Sequence record: OQ873415.1
DNA length: 64,000 nucleotides
Strand: one strand, 5' to 3'
From: Escherichia phage PECP20
This document shows positions 1-9,233 of this stretch, in pieces (positions within the stretch are counted from its first letter, which is position 1; each line of letters opens with the position of its first letter). The notes under the pieces were generated by a model. That model saw only the letters and a list, made by a program, of their open reading frames with translations. It searched no databases and was not told where the DNA came from. A program made the translations under genes and the position numbers.

Positions 1-133
1 AAACCACTTCAGTGTAGCATAAAAATTCAGTCCAGTTTTTCTGTACAACAACTAAATCAGGATTAAACAGAACATCTTCAAACTCATCGATGTTTGAATC
101 AGTAGTTACGTTTTTAATGATTTGACGTTTCAT
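1..133 (-). CDS. hypothetical protein, partial (N-terminal 44 codons; rest lies beyond window start)
   Basis: ATG at 133-131 preceded by GAGGAG; frame open to position 2; not in ORF track because truncated. Confidence 0.4.
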   Translation of the reverse strand, partial: MKRQIIKNVTTDSNIDEFEDVLFNPDLVVVQKNWTEFLCYTEVV

Positions 134-190
134 AATATTCTCCTCTTGTTTTGATAGGTCTATAGTATCATAGACCATAGTTGTTGTACA

Positions 191-715
191 TCATTTTAGC
201 AAAATAAAATCAACTTGTTCTGCCAATGAACGTCTAAACATTAATTGACAACTTCCGAGGATGAAATCAGGTGCTTCATAGACCGCGATGTAGTATCCTT
301 TAGCTTTCAAGAGTTCAACATCCACCTGGTCATCAAACCATGCATAAACCGCGTCAACGCTTTCAAATCCAAAATAGAACCCTTGAGCCCAATCTTCACT
401 CAATTCAAATGTGTACTCAATTCTATGGTATCTTAAGATATTTTGTTCAAGAAGTTTGTCTTCATTTACTGTAGGACGATTAGGGACATTATAGTTGTCG
501 CCGTGATGGTAGAAGTTACCTGAGATTATTCCATGTTTATCAAGGAACTCCCATGTTTCTTCAGAGTTGTCAGTGCCAGACCAACCGTAAGGTGAGCGTG
601 GTTCTTTATTCCAAGAGGTTTCCCAAATTCTGACGGCTTTACCGTCTTCGATAGCAATTCCTGGTAATGATTCACGTTGAGTACAAAAACTACGTTCTAC
701 GCGGTAAACTAACAT
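191..715 (-). CDS. hypothetical protein (174 aa)
   Basis: Long minus-strand ORF in gene-dense early region; no recognisable motif. Confidence 0.6.
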   Translation of the reverse strand: MLVYRVERSFCTQRESLPGIAIEDGKAVRIWETSWNKEPRSPYGWSGTDNSEETWEFLDKHGIISGNFYHHGDNYNVPNRPTVNEDKLLEQNILRYHRIEYTFELSEDWAQGFYFGFESVDAVYAWFDDQVDVELLKAKGYYIAVYEAPDFILGSCQLMFRRSLAEQVDFILLK

Positions 716-774
716 ATTATTCTCCTCTGGTTAATATGGTTATAATATCAAAACCAGAGGAGAAGTAAACAACT

Positions 775-1194
775 TTATGCGAAAGCAGCTGGGCTATATT
801 TTTTAATTTGGAATTCAGGAACTACCATGAACTGTCCAGCGAAAACGATGTTATAAAGCTTAACACCATCTTCTACCCAACGGTCGCTAATAAAACCAGC
901 AATTTGCTTAGTTTTCCATGGCGTTCCATCAGTTGCCGCAGCAATAGTGAATTCATGGTCTTTTTCAACAGAAACTGATCTGCATAGTCCCCATTTGAAC
1001 GCTTTTTCTTCCGGTTCAATGAATTGGCCTGAGACATAGCCAATGTTACCATCGGCGTCACGAACTTTAACTTCATTACGTCCAAAAACCGGATCGCTCA
1101 CAGAAAGAACTTCAACCAACTTCCCGGCAACTTTAGAGCGAGAAGCAACAGATACATATACGTAATCACCTGTAGAGAGATTTACAATATTCAT
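775..1194 (-). CDS. hypothetical protein, tandem paralog family member (139 aa)
   Basis: Shares C-terminal W-[VI]-EDG-x-x-L-[YL]-N-[IV]-V block with the two ORFs upstream; dexA.1/dexA.2 position. Confidence 0.65.
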   Translation of the reverse strand: MNIVNLSTGDYVYVSVASRSKVAGKLVEVLSVSDPVFGRNEVKVRDADGNIGYVSGQFIEPEEKAFKWGLCRSVSVEKDHEFTIAAATDGTPWKTKQIAGFISDRWVEDGVKLYNIVFAGQFMVVPEFQIKKYSPAAFA

Positions 1195-1203
1195 AATAAT
1201 TCC

Positions 1204-1689
1204 TTAAGCTTTACGAGGAGACACATAGCGAGTGATTTCAGATTCTTTAACAACTCGGAAGTCACCTAAGAATACGATATTGTATAACTTTTCACCATCT
1301 TCTACCCATTGGTCACTAATGAAGCCACACATAGTATCAGTTTTGCTTGGATAACCGTATTCATCGATGAAGTCAAATTCTTTATCAGTCTGGAATTCAA
1401 CACCTTTACACAAGGCCCATTTGAACTGTGCATTAGGCTCTGTGGATTCAACTTTTTCTCTTGAAGCAAAAGCACCACTCACAGGAGTTTCCAAGAACTT
1501 TGCACGAACATAAGCAAATTGGGTTTCCATTGACCCAAGACTAGGAATAATACGAACTTTTACCTCAGAATCTTCATCTTTAACACCTTCTTTAAGTTGA
1601 ATACTTACAACTTCGACCAATTTTCCTGCTGCTTTAGAACGAGATTTGTTAGATACGCGAACGATTTCACCAATAATACCAAGATTCAT
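1204..1689 (-). CDS. hypothetical protein, tandem paralog family member (161 aa)
   Basis: Same conserved C-terminal block (ISDQWVEDGEKLYNIVFLGDF). Confidence 0.65.
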   Translation of the reverse strand: MNLGIIGEIVRVSNKSRSKAAGKLVEVVSIQLKEGVKDEDSEVKVRIIPSLGSMETQFAYVRAKFLETPVSGAFASREKVESTEPNAQFKWALCKGVEFQTDKEFDFIDEYGYPSKTDTMCGFISDQWVEDGEKLYNIVFLGDFRVVKESEITRYVSPRKA

Positions 1690-1718
1690 AATTTTCTCTC
1701 TTTGTTTAAGTTGAATTC

Positions 1719-1748
1719 ATTATACTCCATCCGTCCTTGGATGTACAA
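1719..1748 (-). promoter_or_regulatory. early-type promoter (minus strand GTACAA-N-TATAAT) upstream of 1204..1689
   Basis: Plus-strand cattatactccatccgtccttggatgtacaa; same cassette as at 2277, 43855, 44875. Confidence 0.4.
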
Positions 1749-1750
1749 CA

Positions 1751-2245
1751 TTAATTAAGGATATTAACCACAGCACTACGTGGAACTACACTAAAATCAC
1801 CTGCATGAACAACGTTCAGAAGTTCAACACCGTCTTCAATCCACTGATCAGTCACCCATCCATTTACTGGACCAGCGAATGGGCGTCGAATTGAAACATA
1901 TTTACACAACAAATCGGTAGGCTCAATAGGCTTAATCAGAGTACCGTACATACAAGCGATATCCATATCAATACAGATATCTTTAACGGGTTCTACTTCT
2001 TCAATCAACAGTTCAAAGTCGGTGCTTGGAAGGGCGGTGGTAGAAATTGTACCATATGAATTTTTAATTTCTAAGAATAACCAAGGGCCTTCAACTTGTT
2101 TGATGAAGTTAACAATAGTGAAACTATTACCTTGAGTGGCACCTAAAATTTCGCAAAACTTTTCATAAGCTCGCACTGAAGCACTGTACCAGTTGATTTG
2201 TTTTTCGTCTTTCAGGATATAAGTAGCCGTAGTATTGATATTCAT
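1751..2245 (-). CDS. hypothetical protein, tandem paralog family member (164 aa)
   Basis: C-terminal VTDQWIEDGVELLNVVHAGDF matches paralog block. Confidence 0.65.
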   Translation of the reverse strand: MNINTTATYILKDEKQINWYSASVRAYEKFCEILGATQGNSFTIVNFIKQVEGPWLFLEIKNSYGTISTTALPSTDFELLIEEVEPVKDICIDMDIACMYGTLIKPIEPTDLLCKYVSIRRPFAGPVNGWVTDQWIEDGVELLNVVHAGDFSVVPRSAVVNILN

Positions 2246-2276
2246 AATGTTTTTCCTGTTTGGTTAAGATAGAAAG

Positions 2277-2306
2277 ATTATACTCCAACCATCCTTGGTT
2301 GTAAAC
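2277..2306 (-). promoter_or_regulatory. T4-type early promoter (GTTTAC-N18-TATAAT on minus strand)
   Basis: Plus-strand attatactccaaccatccttggttgtaaac between dexA stop and next gene start. Confidence 0.45.
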
Positions 2307-2311
2307 TGATT

Positions 2312-2989
2312 TTATCGCTGTTTTACACTTAACGGGTCAGGATTCTCAGGGACATCTTCAAGGCCAAGCGCATAACGCTGAGCATATTTTAACATCAAAA
2401 TATCTTTAGCACAATCATGAACACTATCATGGGCAACGAATCCTTTTAGCGTACCCATTGGTAACGGACACATACTTAATCCTCGCGTCAACGAGTAAGC
2501 TTCGATTGCCGTACGAATATCGCGTTGAGCCCAGAATTTAACCGGTTCTAATTTATCAGTATCAATATCTGGTTCAAGAACACCTTCATCACGATAGAGG
2601 TCACGAATCAAATCGACCAAGATTGGGAAGTCAAAACTCATACCACGGCACCACATTTGTGATTTCCATTGGTCAACTTTATTAGCTCGACAATAATCTA
2701 AAAAGATTTTAATGCCATCAAGCGTAGTGACATCGTCTTCAGATGGGGCCAAGTTTTTACGTGCTTCAGCCGATTGTTCTTTCCACCATTTCATGGTGGA
2801 TTTAGCGAAAACTCGCTTCCCTTTTTGAGAAGCTAAATTAAATTTAATTCGCTTACCTCGTTGAACAAGTTCTTCGAATGATTCAACAACTTCAGGGTCT
2901 GAATTATATGCAATAACCGCAAGGTCAATAACAGCCGCTTTTGATGTATTGCCGAATGTTTCAAAGTCTATAATAACATCAGTGCTCAT
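2312..2989 (-). CDS. dexA: exonuclease A (DnaQ-like DEDD 3'-5' exonuclease)
   Basis: 225 aa; N-terminal IIDFETFG exo I motif; immediately downstream of dda as in T4. Confidence 0.8.
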   Translation of the reverse strand: MSTDVIIDFETFGNTSKAAVIDLAVIAYNSDPEVVESFEELVQRGKRIKFNLASQKGKRVFAKSTMKWWKEQSAEARKNLAPSEDDVTTLDGIKIFLDYCRANKVDQWKSQMWCRGMSFDFPILVDLIRDLYRDEGVLEPDIDTDKLEPVKFWAQRDIRTAIEAYSLTRGLSMCPLPMGTLKGFVAHDSVHDCAKDILMLKYAQRYALGLEDVPENPDPLSVKQR

Positions 2990-2998
2990 AATTTTCTC

Positions 2999-4312
2999 TC
3001 AAATAAAATGGACGTCAAAACGACCACGAGTTGTGCCGACATACAATAGCTGTTTAGCTAATTCTGAATCGGCATAATGGATACACGGTGTATAAACAAA
3101 GGCCGTGTCAACAGACATACCCTGAGCCTTATGGAAGGTTGATACAGGTAGCGCCTTCACCTTAGTGAACATGCGTTTAGCATCCCAGAATTTACTCCAT
3201 GGAGCTTTACCACCTTTATTCCAGAATTTGTATGTTTCTGCGGTCTTAGCCAAAAACAAATTGAATTTATAAAGCTCTTCTTCGGAAGAAATAACCTTTA
3301 TATCCTCGCGGACGTATTCTTCATCATCCCCATATGTTTCTACTGTAAGATTCCAGTATCGTATCATATATTCGCCTGAAACACCACGTGCTTTAACGAA
3401 TGTAGACGTTTCTACAGCATCTCGAATACGAACGAATTGCCCGTTATTGAAAAGCATTTCGGTCATATTTTTGCCATCTAGCTTATACGTCTTGGTAAAC
3501 GGCTCTTGTAGAACAATGACTTCGTCTTTAATAAATGGCTTTTCTGTTTCAAGAAGTTTTCGGCGAATAATTGAATTTAACTTGTCCACCGACTTATTTG
3601 TGAATGCCATCATTCGATTTTCGAAAAGGTCTTCAGGAGTTTTAACGACATTAAAATAGTTCATCATATACGATTTAAGGTCTGTATATCCATGAACACC
3701 GTGCCCATCAACTACTTTATCATAAATCCATTTGCCATTACGAATATCAGTCGCAACATCAATAATTGGTGCATTGCTACGTTTAACTTCTGTAAGGTTG
3801 CATTGCACGAAGTCTTTGTGAGTGAAGAAAGGACTTAGATACGCAGTGGATTCGCCTGGGTCTACCGGACGAATCTGGCATCGGTCACCAATTCCAATTA
3901 CTGTGCACCATTTAGGGATACTAGCTAACATTATTTTAAACAGAGAACGGTCACACATTGATGCTTCATCAAATAACAGTACACGACACAAGGCTAAGTC
4001 GGGAACCTTTTTCTGTTCAAATAATACGTTTTCTTCGTATGTAGTTGGGTTGATTTTAAGAATGCTATGAATAGTCGATGCTTCTTGACCCGCAAGTTTG
4101 CTTAGAACCTTTTTAGCAGCATGTGTAGGGGCTGCTAAAATAATACCTGATTCTCCGGCAGAAATAAGGGCTTCAACGATGAATCTAGTAAGGGTTGTTT
4201 TACCTGTACCAGCAGGCCCGTTAATAGTTACGTGATGTTTCTTTTCTTTAATAGCTTTCATAACAACGTTGAAGGCGTTTTTCTGGCCTTCGGTCAAATC
4301 ATCAAATGTCAT
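2999..4312 (-). CDS. dda: Dda DNA helicase (SF1B)
   Basis: 437 aa; near-colinear with T4 Dda as recalled (MTFDDLTEGQKNAFN..., Walker A GPAGTGKTT). Confidence 0.95.
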   Translation of the reverse strand: MTFDDLTEGQKNAFNVVMKAIKEKKHHVTINGPAGTGKTTLTRFIVEALISAGESGIILAAPTHAAKKVLSKLAGQEASTIHSILKINPTTYEENVLFEQKKVPDLALCRVLLFDEASMCDRSLFKIMLASIPKWCTVIGIGDRCQIRPVDPGESTAYLSPFFTHKDFVQCNLTEVKRSNAPIIDVATDIRNGKWIYDKVVDGHGVHGYTDLKSYMMNYFNVVKTPEDLFENRMMAFTNKSVDKLNSIIRRKLLETEKPFIKDEVIVLQEPFTKTYKLDGKNMTEMLFNNGQFVRIRDAVETSTFVKARGVSGEYMIRYWNLTVETYGDDEEYVREDIKVISSEEELYKFNLFLAKTAETYKFWNKGGKAPWSKFWDAKRMFTKVKALPVSTFHKAQGMSVDTAFVYTPCIHYADSELAKQLLYVGTTRGRFDVHFI

Positions 4313-4620
4313 CGTAAAGTCCCTGCAATTGGAATACTAACAATACGGCCAGTATCTAGAATTCGTTGATACAATCTTTGCGTCTCCGCATCTAGTTTAA
4401 TGTGTTTCATTTCAAGCTTATTAAACCAGAACTTACGCGGAGTTTCGACCATTCTTAGAACTCCCATTTTTAAATCTGTTTTATACTGTGTTTTCAAAGT
4501 ATCGAAAACTTTATCTGCAATATCCTTTCTAAAAAATACTGCAGGACGATGTTCATCAAGTGGAACTGGGACAGTAAATCCTTCCATATCTCGATAAACT
4601 ATTGCATATACATAAACCAT
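4309..4620 (-). CDS. hypothetical protein (dda.1 position, 103 aa)
   Basis: ORF overlapping dda start by 4 nt. Confidence 0.6.
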   Translation of the reverse strand: MVYVYAIVYRDMEGFTVPVPLDEHRPAVFFRKDIADKVFDTLKTQYKTDLKMGVLRMVETPRKFWFNKLEMKHIKLDAETQRLYQRILDTGRIVSIPIAGTLR

Positions 4621-4622
4621 AA

Positions 4623-5369
4623 TTAACCTTTAATCAGTTGGAATAATGATGCGCTAAGTGGTAGGCCACGTTTCAATTTTAATTTACCAATGAAACCAAT
4701 CTTTTCAAAACGTTGCAGACCTTGGATAACTTTATCATATGTATCGAAAAGCGATTCAGCGTCAGTTAATTTAGTTTTAGTTTTCCAGTCAGAGCCTTTA
4801 AGAAGAACGTTGAGTTTAGTAAGTTCATGGCCTTCTGCTTGATGCGAGCCATTAATGCGTGCTTTCAAAGCAACAATTCTAAGTTTAGATTCGTTAGATA
4901 AAGGTTGATTTTTCATCATGTTCGTCATATGCTTAACACGATTTTCACGTTTTGCTCGGATTTTTAAAATAGTATCATAAACCTTTTTGATTTGGGCCCA
5001 TTTCTTCTCGTCGAGATTAAGTTTCTCTACTTTACGGGCAGAAGGATTAGCGATACGCCTTGCAATGGCATCACGTTTCTCGATAAGTTCTTCTAATGTT
5101 AAATCGGAACGAGCCGTGTTATATTTTTTCTTAACTGGGATAACATTACCTTTAATGTAGCCGATATCGTTATCAAAACGTTCTAAGGATAATTTCTCAC
5201 CTTCAACAGAGTTATTGAAAGATTCACCTGAGTAAGCGCAGACCTTTTGATCAAGAATGTTTTTAAGGTAATTAAAGTCTAAGTTAAAATCCTTAGAGCG
5301 TCTCTTCGCAGAAGCTCTGGTGTGGTCAAGACGACGATTGATTTTGTTAATTTTATTATTTGATAACAT
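4623..5369 (-). CDS. hypothetical basic protein in the srd position; N-terminal HNH-like motif
   Basis: 248 aa; between dda.1 and the mod genes as T4 srd is; contains CAYSG...ERFDNDIGYIKGNV resembling HNH endonuclease motifs. Confidence 0.5.
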   Translation of the reverse strand: MLSNNKINKINRRLDHTRASAKRRSKDFNLDFNYLKNILDQKVCAYSGESFNNSVEGEKLSLERFDNDIGYIKGNVIPVKKKYNTARSDLTLEELIEKRDAIARRIANPSARKVEKLNLDEKKWAQIKKVYDTILKIRAKRENRVKHMTNMMKNQPLSNESKLRIVALKARINGSHQAEGHELTKLNVLLKGSDWKTKTKLTDAESLFDTYDKVIQGLQRFEKIGFIGKLKLKRGLPLSASLFQLIKG

Positions 5370-5522
5370 AATATTTTCCTCTGTCTTACGGACGTTAAGG
5401 TCATTTAGCTGATAAGCTTATAATATCATGCCCTCAGGTAGTGTACACTCTTTTTTCGTAAAATGCTTTAATTTTTTATGTGTTATAATGGTTCTGAGTT
5501 CCATCCGGTTATTCCAATCCAG

Positions 5523-6131
5523 TCAGTAACCGACAATAGACAGATTCCAGATTGTATAATTTCCATCTTGAATAATAGAATCTACACGCAGTGTAGTCCC
5601 TATAGGGAGCATAAATTCACATTCGTCAGATATAAGTCTAGCATTAGACCGTCTTGTCGCTTCAGGGAAAGCTCCATTGAACTCACAAGATGGCGCAGCC
5701 AGAATCATGTTAAGCATATGTTCACGGAAGTTGAAAGCAAATGGTGCATCTTTGATGCAGAACATATTAAATGTTCCGTAAAAATTATACGAAGCAAAGT
5801 TACGTGCTACACCGAACACTGGACTAAAGCTCATTACTCTGTCAAATTTAATAATACTACCAATGCCTTTATCATCGAGTGTGGCCATAGTTTTCTTAGA
5901 GATTCCACGATACATTGTCTCAGGAACAGAAGACGTCCAATTTCTACGAACAATTGCACTTAAATCTTGTTGGATGCTATCAGGCTTGTTTTCCATACAC
6001 TGCCATAGTACACTTTGTTCAATGTCGCTGAATTGACTATCAATTTCGTACTGCAATTCATCTTGATATTCAGGGCATTGAGCACGACGAACCATTTCTT
6101 CAATTTCACACTCGTTATACGGCATAAACAT
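5523..6131 (-). CDS. modA: ADP-ribosyltransferase, ModA/ModB family
   Basis: 202 aa; R-S-E type motifs (YRG, SFS, ECEF); synteny; modA versus modB assignment is by position only. Confidence 0.6.
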   Translation of the reverse strand: MFMPYNECEIEEMVRRAQCPEYQDELQYEIDSQFSDIEQSVLWQCMENKPDSIQQDLSAIVRRNWTSSVPETMYRGISKKTMATLDDKGIGSIIKFDRVMSFSPVFGVARNFASYNFYGTFNMFCIKDAPFAFNFREHMLNMILAAPSCEFNGAFPEATRRSNARLISDECEFMLPIGTTLRVDSIIQDGNYTIWNLSIVGY

Positions 6132-6188
6132 TTAGGTTTCTCCTGTGGTTGATAAAGGTATAGTATCATCATCGGAAGAGTTTGTACA

Positions 6189-6770
6189 CTAAAAATTCAA
6201 CATTTTCAAATGAATGATTTTGTATAACCGAGATAAAGGGTCATATTCTAAGTCTTCAATTTCTACAATCTCAAATCTAGAGATACCTGAGACCATGTAT
6301 TCTTGTTCAGATTCAATCATATCTAGGACGTCAACACGTTTTTCTTCCATAACATGCTTAGGGTTCTTTCCGGCGAGTACAATGTTAACCATGTTTTGGT
6401 AGTAATCGAAAATGAACGGAGCATTCCTGAGACTAAGAATAGTGTACGTTTGATATTCCCAACTCCCAGAGAACTGTCTGGCCGTACCAAAGTCTGTTGT
6501 AAACGATGTTACTCGTCCAGGAGACCAATGGCATCCTACAGATAACAATGAAAGATGTTCTACTTCTTCTGGAGTTACACCACGGTAGAGTTCTACTGGT
6601 ACTGTAGAAGTCATATGCTTACGAACAAGACGGTCTAATTCATAGTGGAAATCTGGGTCTTCCTTATAATCAGTGCAAGCCCAGAGAATGTTTTGTTCTT
6701 GTTTAGTGAATTTATCATCAATTAGTGCTGCGAGATATTCGCGTTCTTGAAGTTCAGATTGACATGTCAT
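6189..6770 (-). CDS. modB: ADP-ribosyltransferase, ModA/ModB family
   Basis: 193 aa paralog of the previous ORF (YRG, TSFT, EQEY). Confidence 0.6.
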   Translation of the reverse strand: MTCQSELQEREYLAALIDDKFTKQEQNILWACTDYKEDPDFHYELDRLVRKHMTSTVPVELYRGVTPEEVEHLSLLSVGCHWSPGRVTSFTTDFGTARQFSGSWEYQTYTILSLRNAPFIFDYYQNMVNIVLAGKNPKHVMEEKRVDVLDMIESEQEYMVSGISRFEIVEIEDLEYDPLSRLYKIIHLKMLNF

Positions 6771-6986
6771 GATAGACCTCCATTTAAAGATAAGCCTATC
6801 ATAACACGAGAGGAGGGAATGTAAACTACTTTTTAAGCTTTCCTACTAAAGGTCCATCAGGGCCAGGTTGTTCTAACATGAATAACGATGCTTTAAAAAG
6901 CAATGTTAACCCTTTCACCATTCGATACCATGTCTCAAAGTCTTTTTCCTTGATTTCTAGTAAGAATTTCTCTTTAAATTTCTCTT

Positions 6987-7175
6987 TCATTTCCAAGGAC
7001 TCCATGGTGGAGGGTCGTCATAATAAGAGGCAAGGTCTTTCAGGGCTTCAACAGGTAAACTAAAGCCGTGTCGTTGTATAATACTATCTAGTTCATCAAC
7101 AAGTTCACTACGATGCACTTTAGGAGCCTTGACTTCAGGCTCATCAAACATACTCATAAGGTCCATCTTATTCAC
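6987..7175 (-). CDS. hypothetical protein (62 aa)
   Basis: Small acidic ORF overlapping next gene start by 8 nt. Confidence 0.4.
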   Translation of the reverse strand: MNKMDLMSMFDEPEVKAPKVHRSELVDELDSIIQRHGFSLPVEALKDLASYYDDPPPWSPWK

Positions 7176-7632
7176 CTAAATAAAAACTAGCAGGTTCAGA
7201 GAATGTTTCTAGTGCTACACCTTTTGTCTTAAAAAATTTCCAAATAGCTCGTTGCAAATGGATTAAATCTGCTAATGATGTAATAAAGTATTTTTTGGCA
7301 AAATACGTATGGTCTCGCTTTTCAAACAGGTCTAAACGCTTTTCAGGATTCACATAAACAGCATTTTCTGTAGATTCATAACCTAAGTCCTTTATGCCTT
7401 CTTCAAGACTAAACGGAGAATTTTTAGAATGAGTAATAGCTCCAACTCGCTCTACACGAATTTTGTAACCTTTAGGAATCTGCAATTTGCAGAATTCTTC
7501 TACGATATATTGCGGATTATTTAGACTTTTGTTAATGAGAATAGCTATTTCTAGTGGAGTCTTATCTTCTACTGGTATATGTTTAAATGACTTGGCTTCA
7601 AGCAAATACATTTTAAATAACATAGCATCCAT
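7168..7632 (-). CDS. hypothetical protein (154 aa)
   Basis: ORF in mrh region by synteny. Confidence 0.6.
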   Translation of the reverse strand: MDAMLFKMYLLEAKSFKHIPVEDKTPLEIAILINKSLNNPQYIVEEFCKLQIPKGYKIRVERVGAITHSKNSPFSLEEGIKDLGYESTENAVYVNPEKRLDLFEKRDHTYFAKKYFITSLADLIHLQRAIWKFFKTKGVALETFSEPASFYLGE

Positions 7633-7810
7633 TATAATTTCCTCGATGGTTCACCCATATAAAGTTTTACAATACGTTCGCCTTCATCTTCGACGAGCTT
7701 TTCTTCATGTTTCTGGAATTCTTTAGCCATATTCTCTTCAAGAACATCTAACCAATCTTCTGGTCCGACTCCATCATTCCAGCTTTTAAACCATTTTACT
7801 ATTCTGTTCA

Positions 7811-7999
7811 CTAATCACAACTCCCAGAGTCCGAACTACAATCGGAATAACTTGAACCAGAATCTCCAGACCAGGATGATACGTAAGAATGATTATAACT
7901 TGAAGAGTTTGAAGCAGACTTAGGACGAATAACTTCTTCCATCACGCCGTCACCAATATATTCCCAACTTTTTTCATGTGTATCAGGAATAGGCATCAT
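7811..7999 (-). CDS. hypothetical Ser-rich small protein (internal start of track ORF 7811..8122)
   Basis: Internal Met choice avoids overlap with 8013..8240; start not verified. Confidence 0.3.
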   Translation of the reverse strand: MMPIPDTHEKSWEYIGDGVMEEVIRPKSASNSSSYNHSYVSSWSGDSGSSYSDCSSDSGSCD

Positions 8000-8012
8000 A
8001 CCTTCGCCTGGT

Positions 8013-8240
8013 TTAACAACAAATAACTTCTTCAGCATCGTAAGCATTAATTGTTCCTCGAACAAAACGAACACCACCATCATCCCAACGGATTTCGGCA
8101 TTAAATTTGACGTCTTCACCATCCATCATGAATGAGTGTACGACTACGTCATCATAATATCCAAGACCGTATTTCAGCGAAACTTCTTGTGCAATCAAAG
8201 CGCCTAATGTGTTATTAGGTTTAATCCAACGATTTAACAT
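8013..8240 (-). CDS. hypothetical protein (75 aa)
   Basis: ORF; overlaps the 5' part of ORF-track entry 7811..8122 in another frame. Confidence 0.45.
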   Translation of the reverse strand: MLNRWIKPNNTLGALIAQEVSLKYGLGYYDDVVVHSFMMDGEDVKFNAEIRWDDGGVRFVRGTINAYDAEEVICC

Positions 8241-8312
8241 ATTGTTCTCCTCTTGAGTAAGTAAGAATATCTTAACATAGTTTTTAGTGGATGTAAACTC
8301 TAGAAACGAAAA

Positions 8313-8334
8313 AAGGAATCCCGAAGGATTCCTT
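8313..8334 (-). terminator. intrinsic terminator-like UUCG hairpin after soc
   Basis: Minus RNA AAGGAAUCC-UUCG-GGAUUCCUU followed by UUUUCGUUUC; 8 nt after soc stop. Confidence 0.5.
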
Positions 8335-8341
8335 AAATTAT

Positions 8342-8578
8342 TTAACCACTTACTGGTGTAGGGGTAAACATTGCAGCGTTCTTAGTACGCCAATCTGCTG
8401 CGTCAGTCACCACAGTAGTGTAAGCAGCTTTTTCAGACGGGAAAGTCTGATAATGAGAATCTGCAATCCGATGTTCGTTTGAATAAATCTCAAACGGAAC
8501 AGAAACTTCCATACCTTTAACTTCTTTGCCTTCACCAGCAGGATGCGTAAAGGTTTTGATGTTTACATAACCACCCAT
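8342..8578 (-). CDS. soc: small outer capsid protein Soc
   Basis: 78 aa; YVNIKTF...HYQTFPSEKAAY matches T4 Soc as recalled. Confidence 0.85.
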   Translation of the reverse strand: MGGYVNIKTFTHPAGEGKEVKGMEVSVPFEIYSNEHRIADSHYQTFPSEKAAYTTVVTDAADWRTKNAAMFTPTPVSG

Positions 8579-8609
8579 AATTAACTCCTTTGTTGTTTAA
8601 TTACAGGTG

Positions 8610-8617
8610 TATTTATA
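8610..8617 (-). promoter_or_regulatory. T4 late promoter core TATAAATA upstream of soc
   Basis: Plus-strand tatttata about 35 nt upstream of soc ATG. Confidence 0.5.
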
Positions 8618-8623
8618 ACTTAA

Positions 8624-9145
8624 TTAGTAACCATTATCCTGACGTTCAAAGTTGTGTTGGTTTTTCAAGTAGTAAAGTTTAAAGATTTCTTCAGCAGAAA
8701 GACCAAGACCTTGGAACATATTTAGAACGAAATGCAGAATATCAATCATTTCAAATTTAATTTCAAGCTGGTCTTCAGGAGACAGTTCATCGATACGACG
8801 ATTTCGATATTCAGCATGTTGTGCTTTCCATGGCTTCCATACACTGCTAGCGGCTTTTTCACCATTGCTCATACCACCAAGTGAAGTCAGCAGTTCACGG
8901 AATTCATCATCAATATAATCTTTCTGATTACGCAGCCAATCAACAACATCACCAGCAGTAGCCAATTCATCAGGATGTTTGTTATGTTCAGGCTTGTCAT
9001 TTGCCAGACGAACCTGTAAAGATTTCTGCATATCAAGCATTACCTGCAGTGGGTCTTTATCTTCGTGAATCAGAGCATTAAAATAAGCTTCTTCTGCTTT
9101 ATCAACACCAGAAATAAGTTGTGAACATTCATTAAAGTGCGCCAT
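8624..9145 (-). CDS. 56: dCTPase/dUTPase (gp56)
   Basis: Strong similarity to T4 gp56 as recalled; start set at MAHFNEC ATG (9145) rather than track start 9160. Confidence 0.9.
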   Translation of the reverse strand: MAHFNECSQLISGVDKAEEAYFNALIHEDKDPLQVMLDMQKSLQVRLANDKPEHNKHPDELATAGDVVDWLRNQKDYIDDEFRELLTSLGGMSNGEKAASSVWKPWKAQHAEYRNRRIDELSPEDQLEIKFEMIDILHFVLNMFQGLGLSAEEIFKLYYLKNQHNFERQDNGY

Positions 9146-9233
9146 TATTTTTCCTTTCAATTCAGTATAAGAGAGTTAATTCTAACATTAATTTTATAAA
9201 GCGTAATAAATAATAGGTAACTAAGGAGATATT

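Noticed and set aside
245-436. Plus-strand ORFs in the track lying inside minus-strand genes (for example 245..436, 3447..3659, 3822..4070, 5478..5963, 25201..25641, 29398..29850, 31145..31633, 47542..47898, 49163..49741, 57751..58095, 58251..58592)
   Set aside because: Each is antisense to a well-supported minus-strand gene (often a conserved T4 ortholog) and has biased, low-complexity composition; treated as shadow ORFs.
873-1085. Minus-strand ORFs nested in another frame of larger genes (873..1085, 5960..6172, 27293..27523, 27996..28190, 31179..31436, 39945..40163, 44149..44376, 46213..46410, 47468..47668, 51264..51464, 56426..56617, 59953..60189, 60479..60709)
   Set aside because: Fully contained within longer ORFs that have homology or motif support; no independent start signals.
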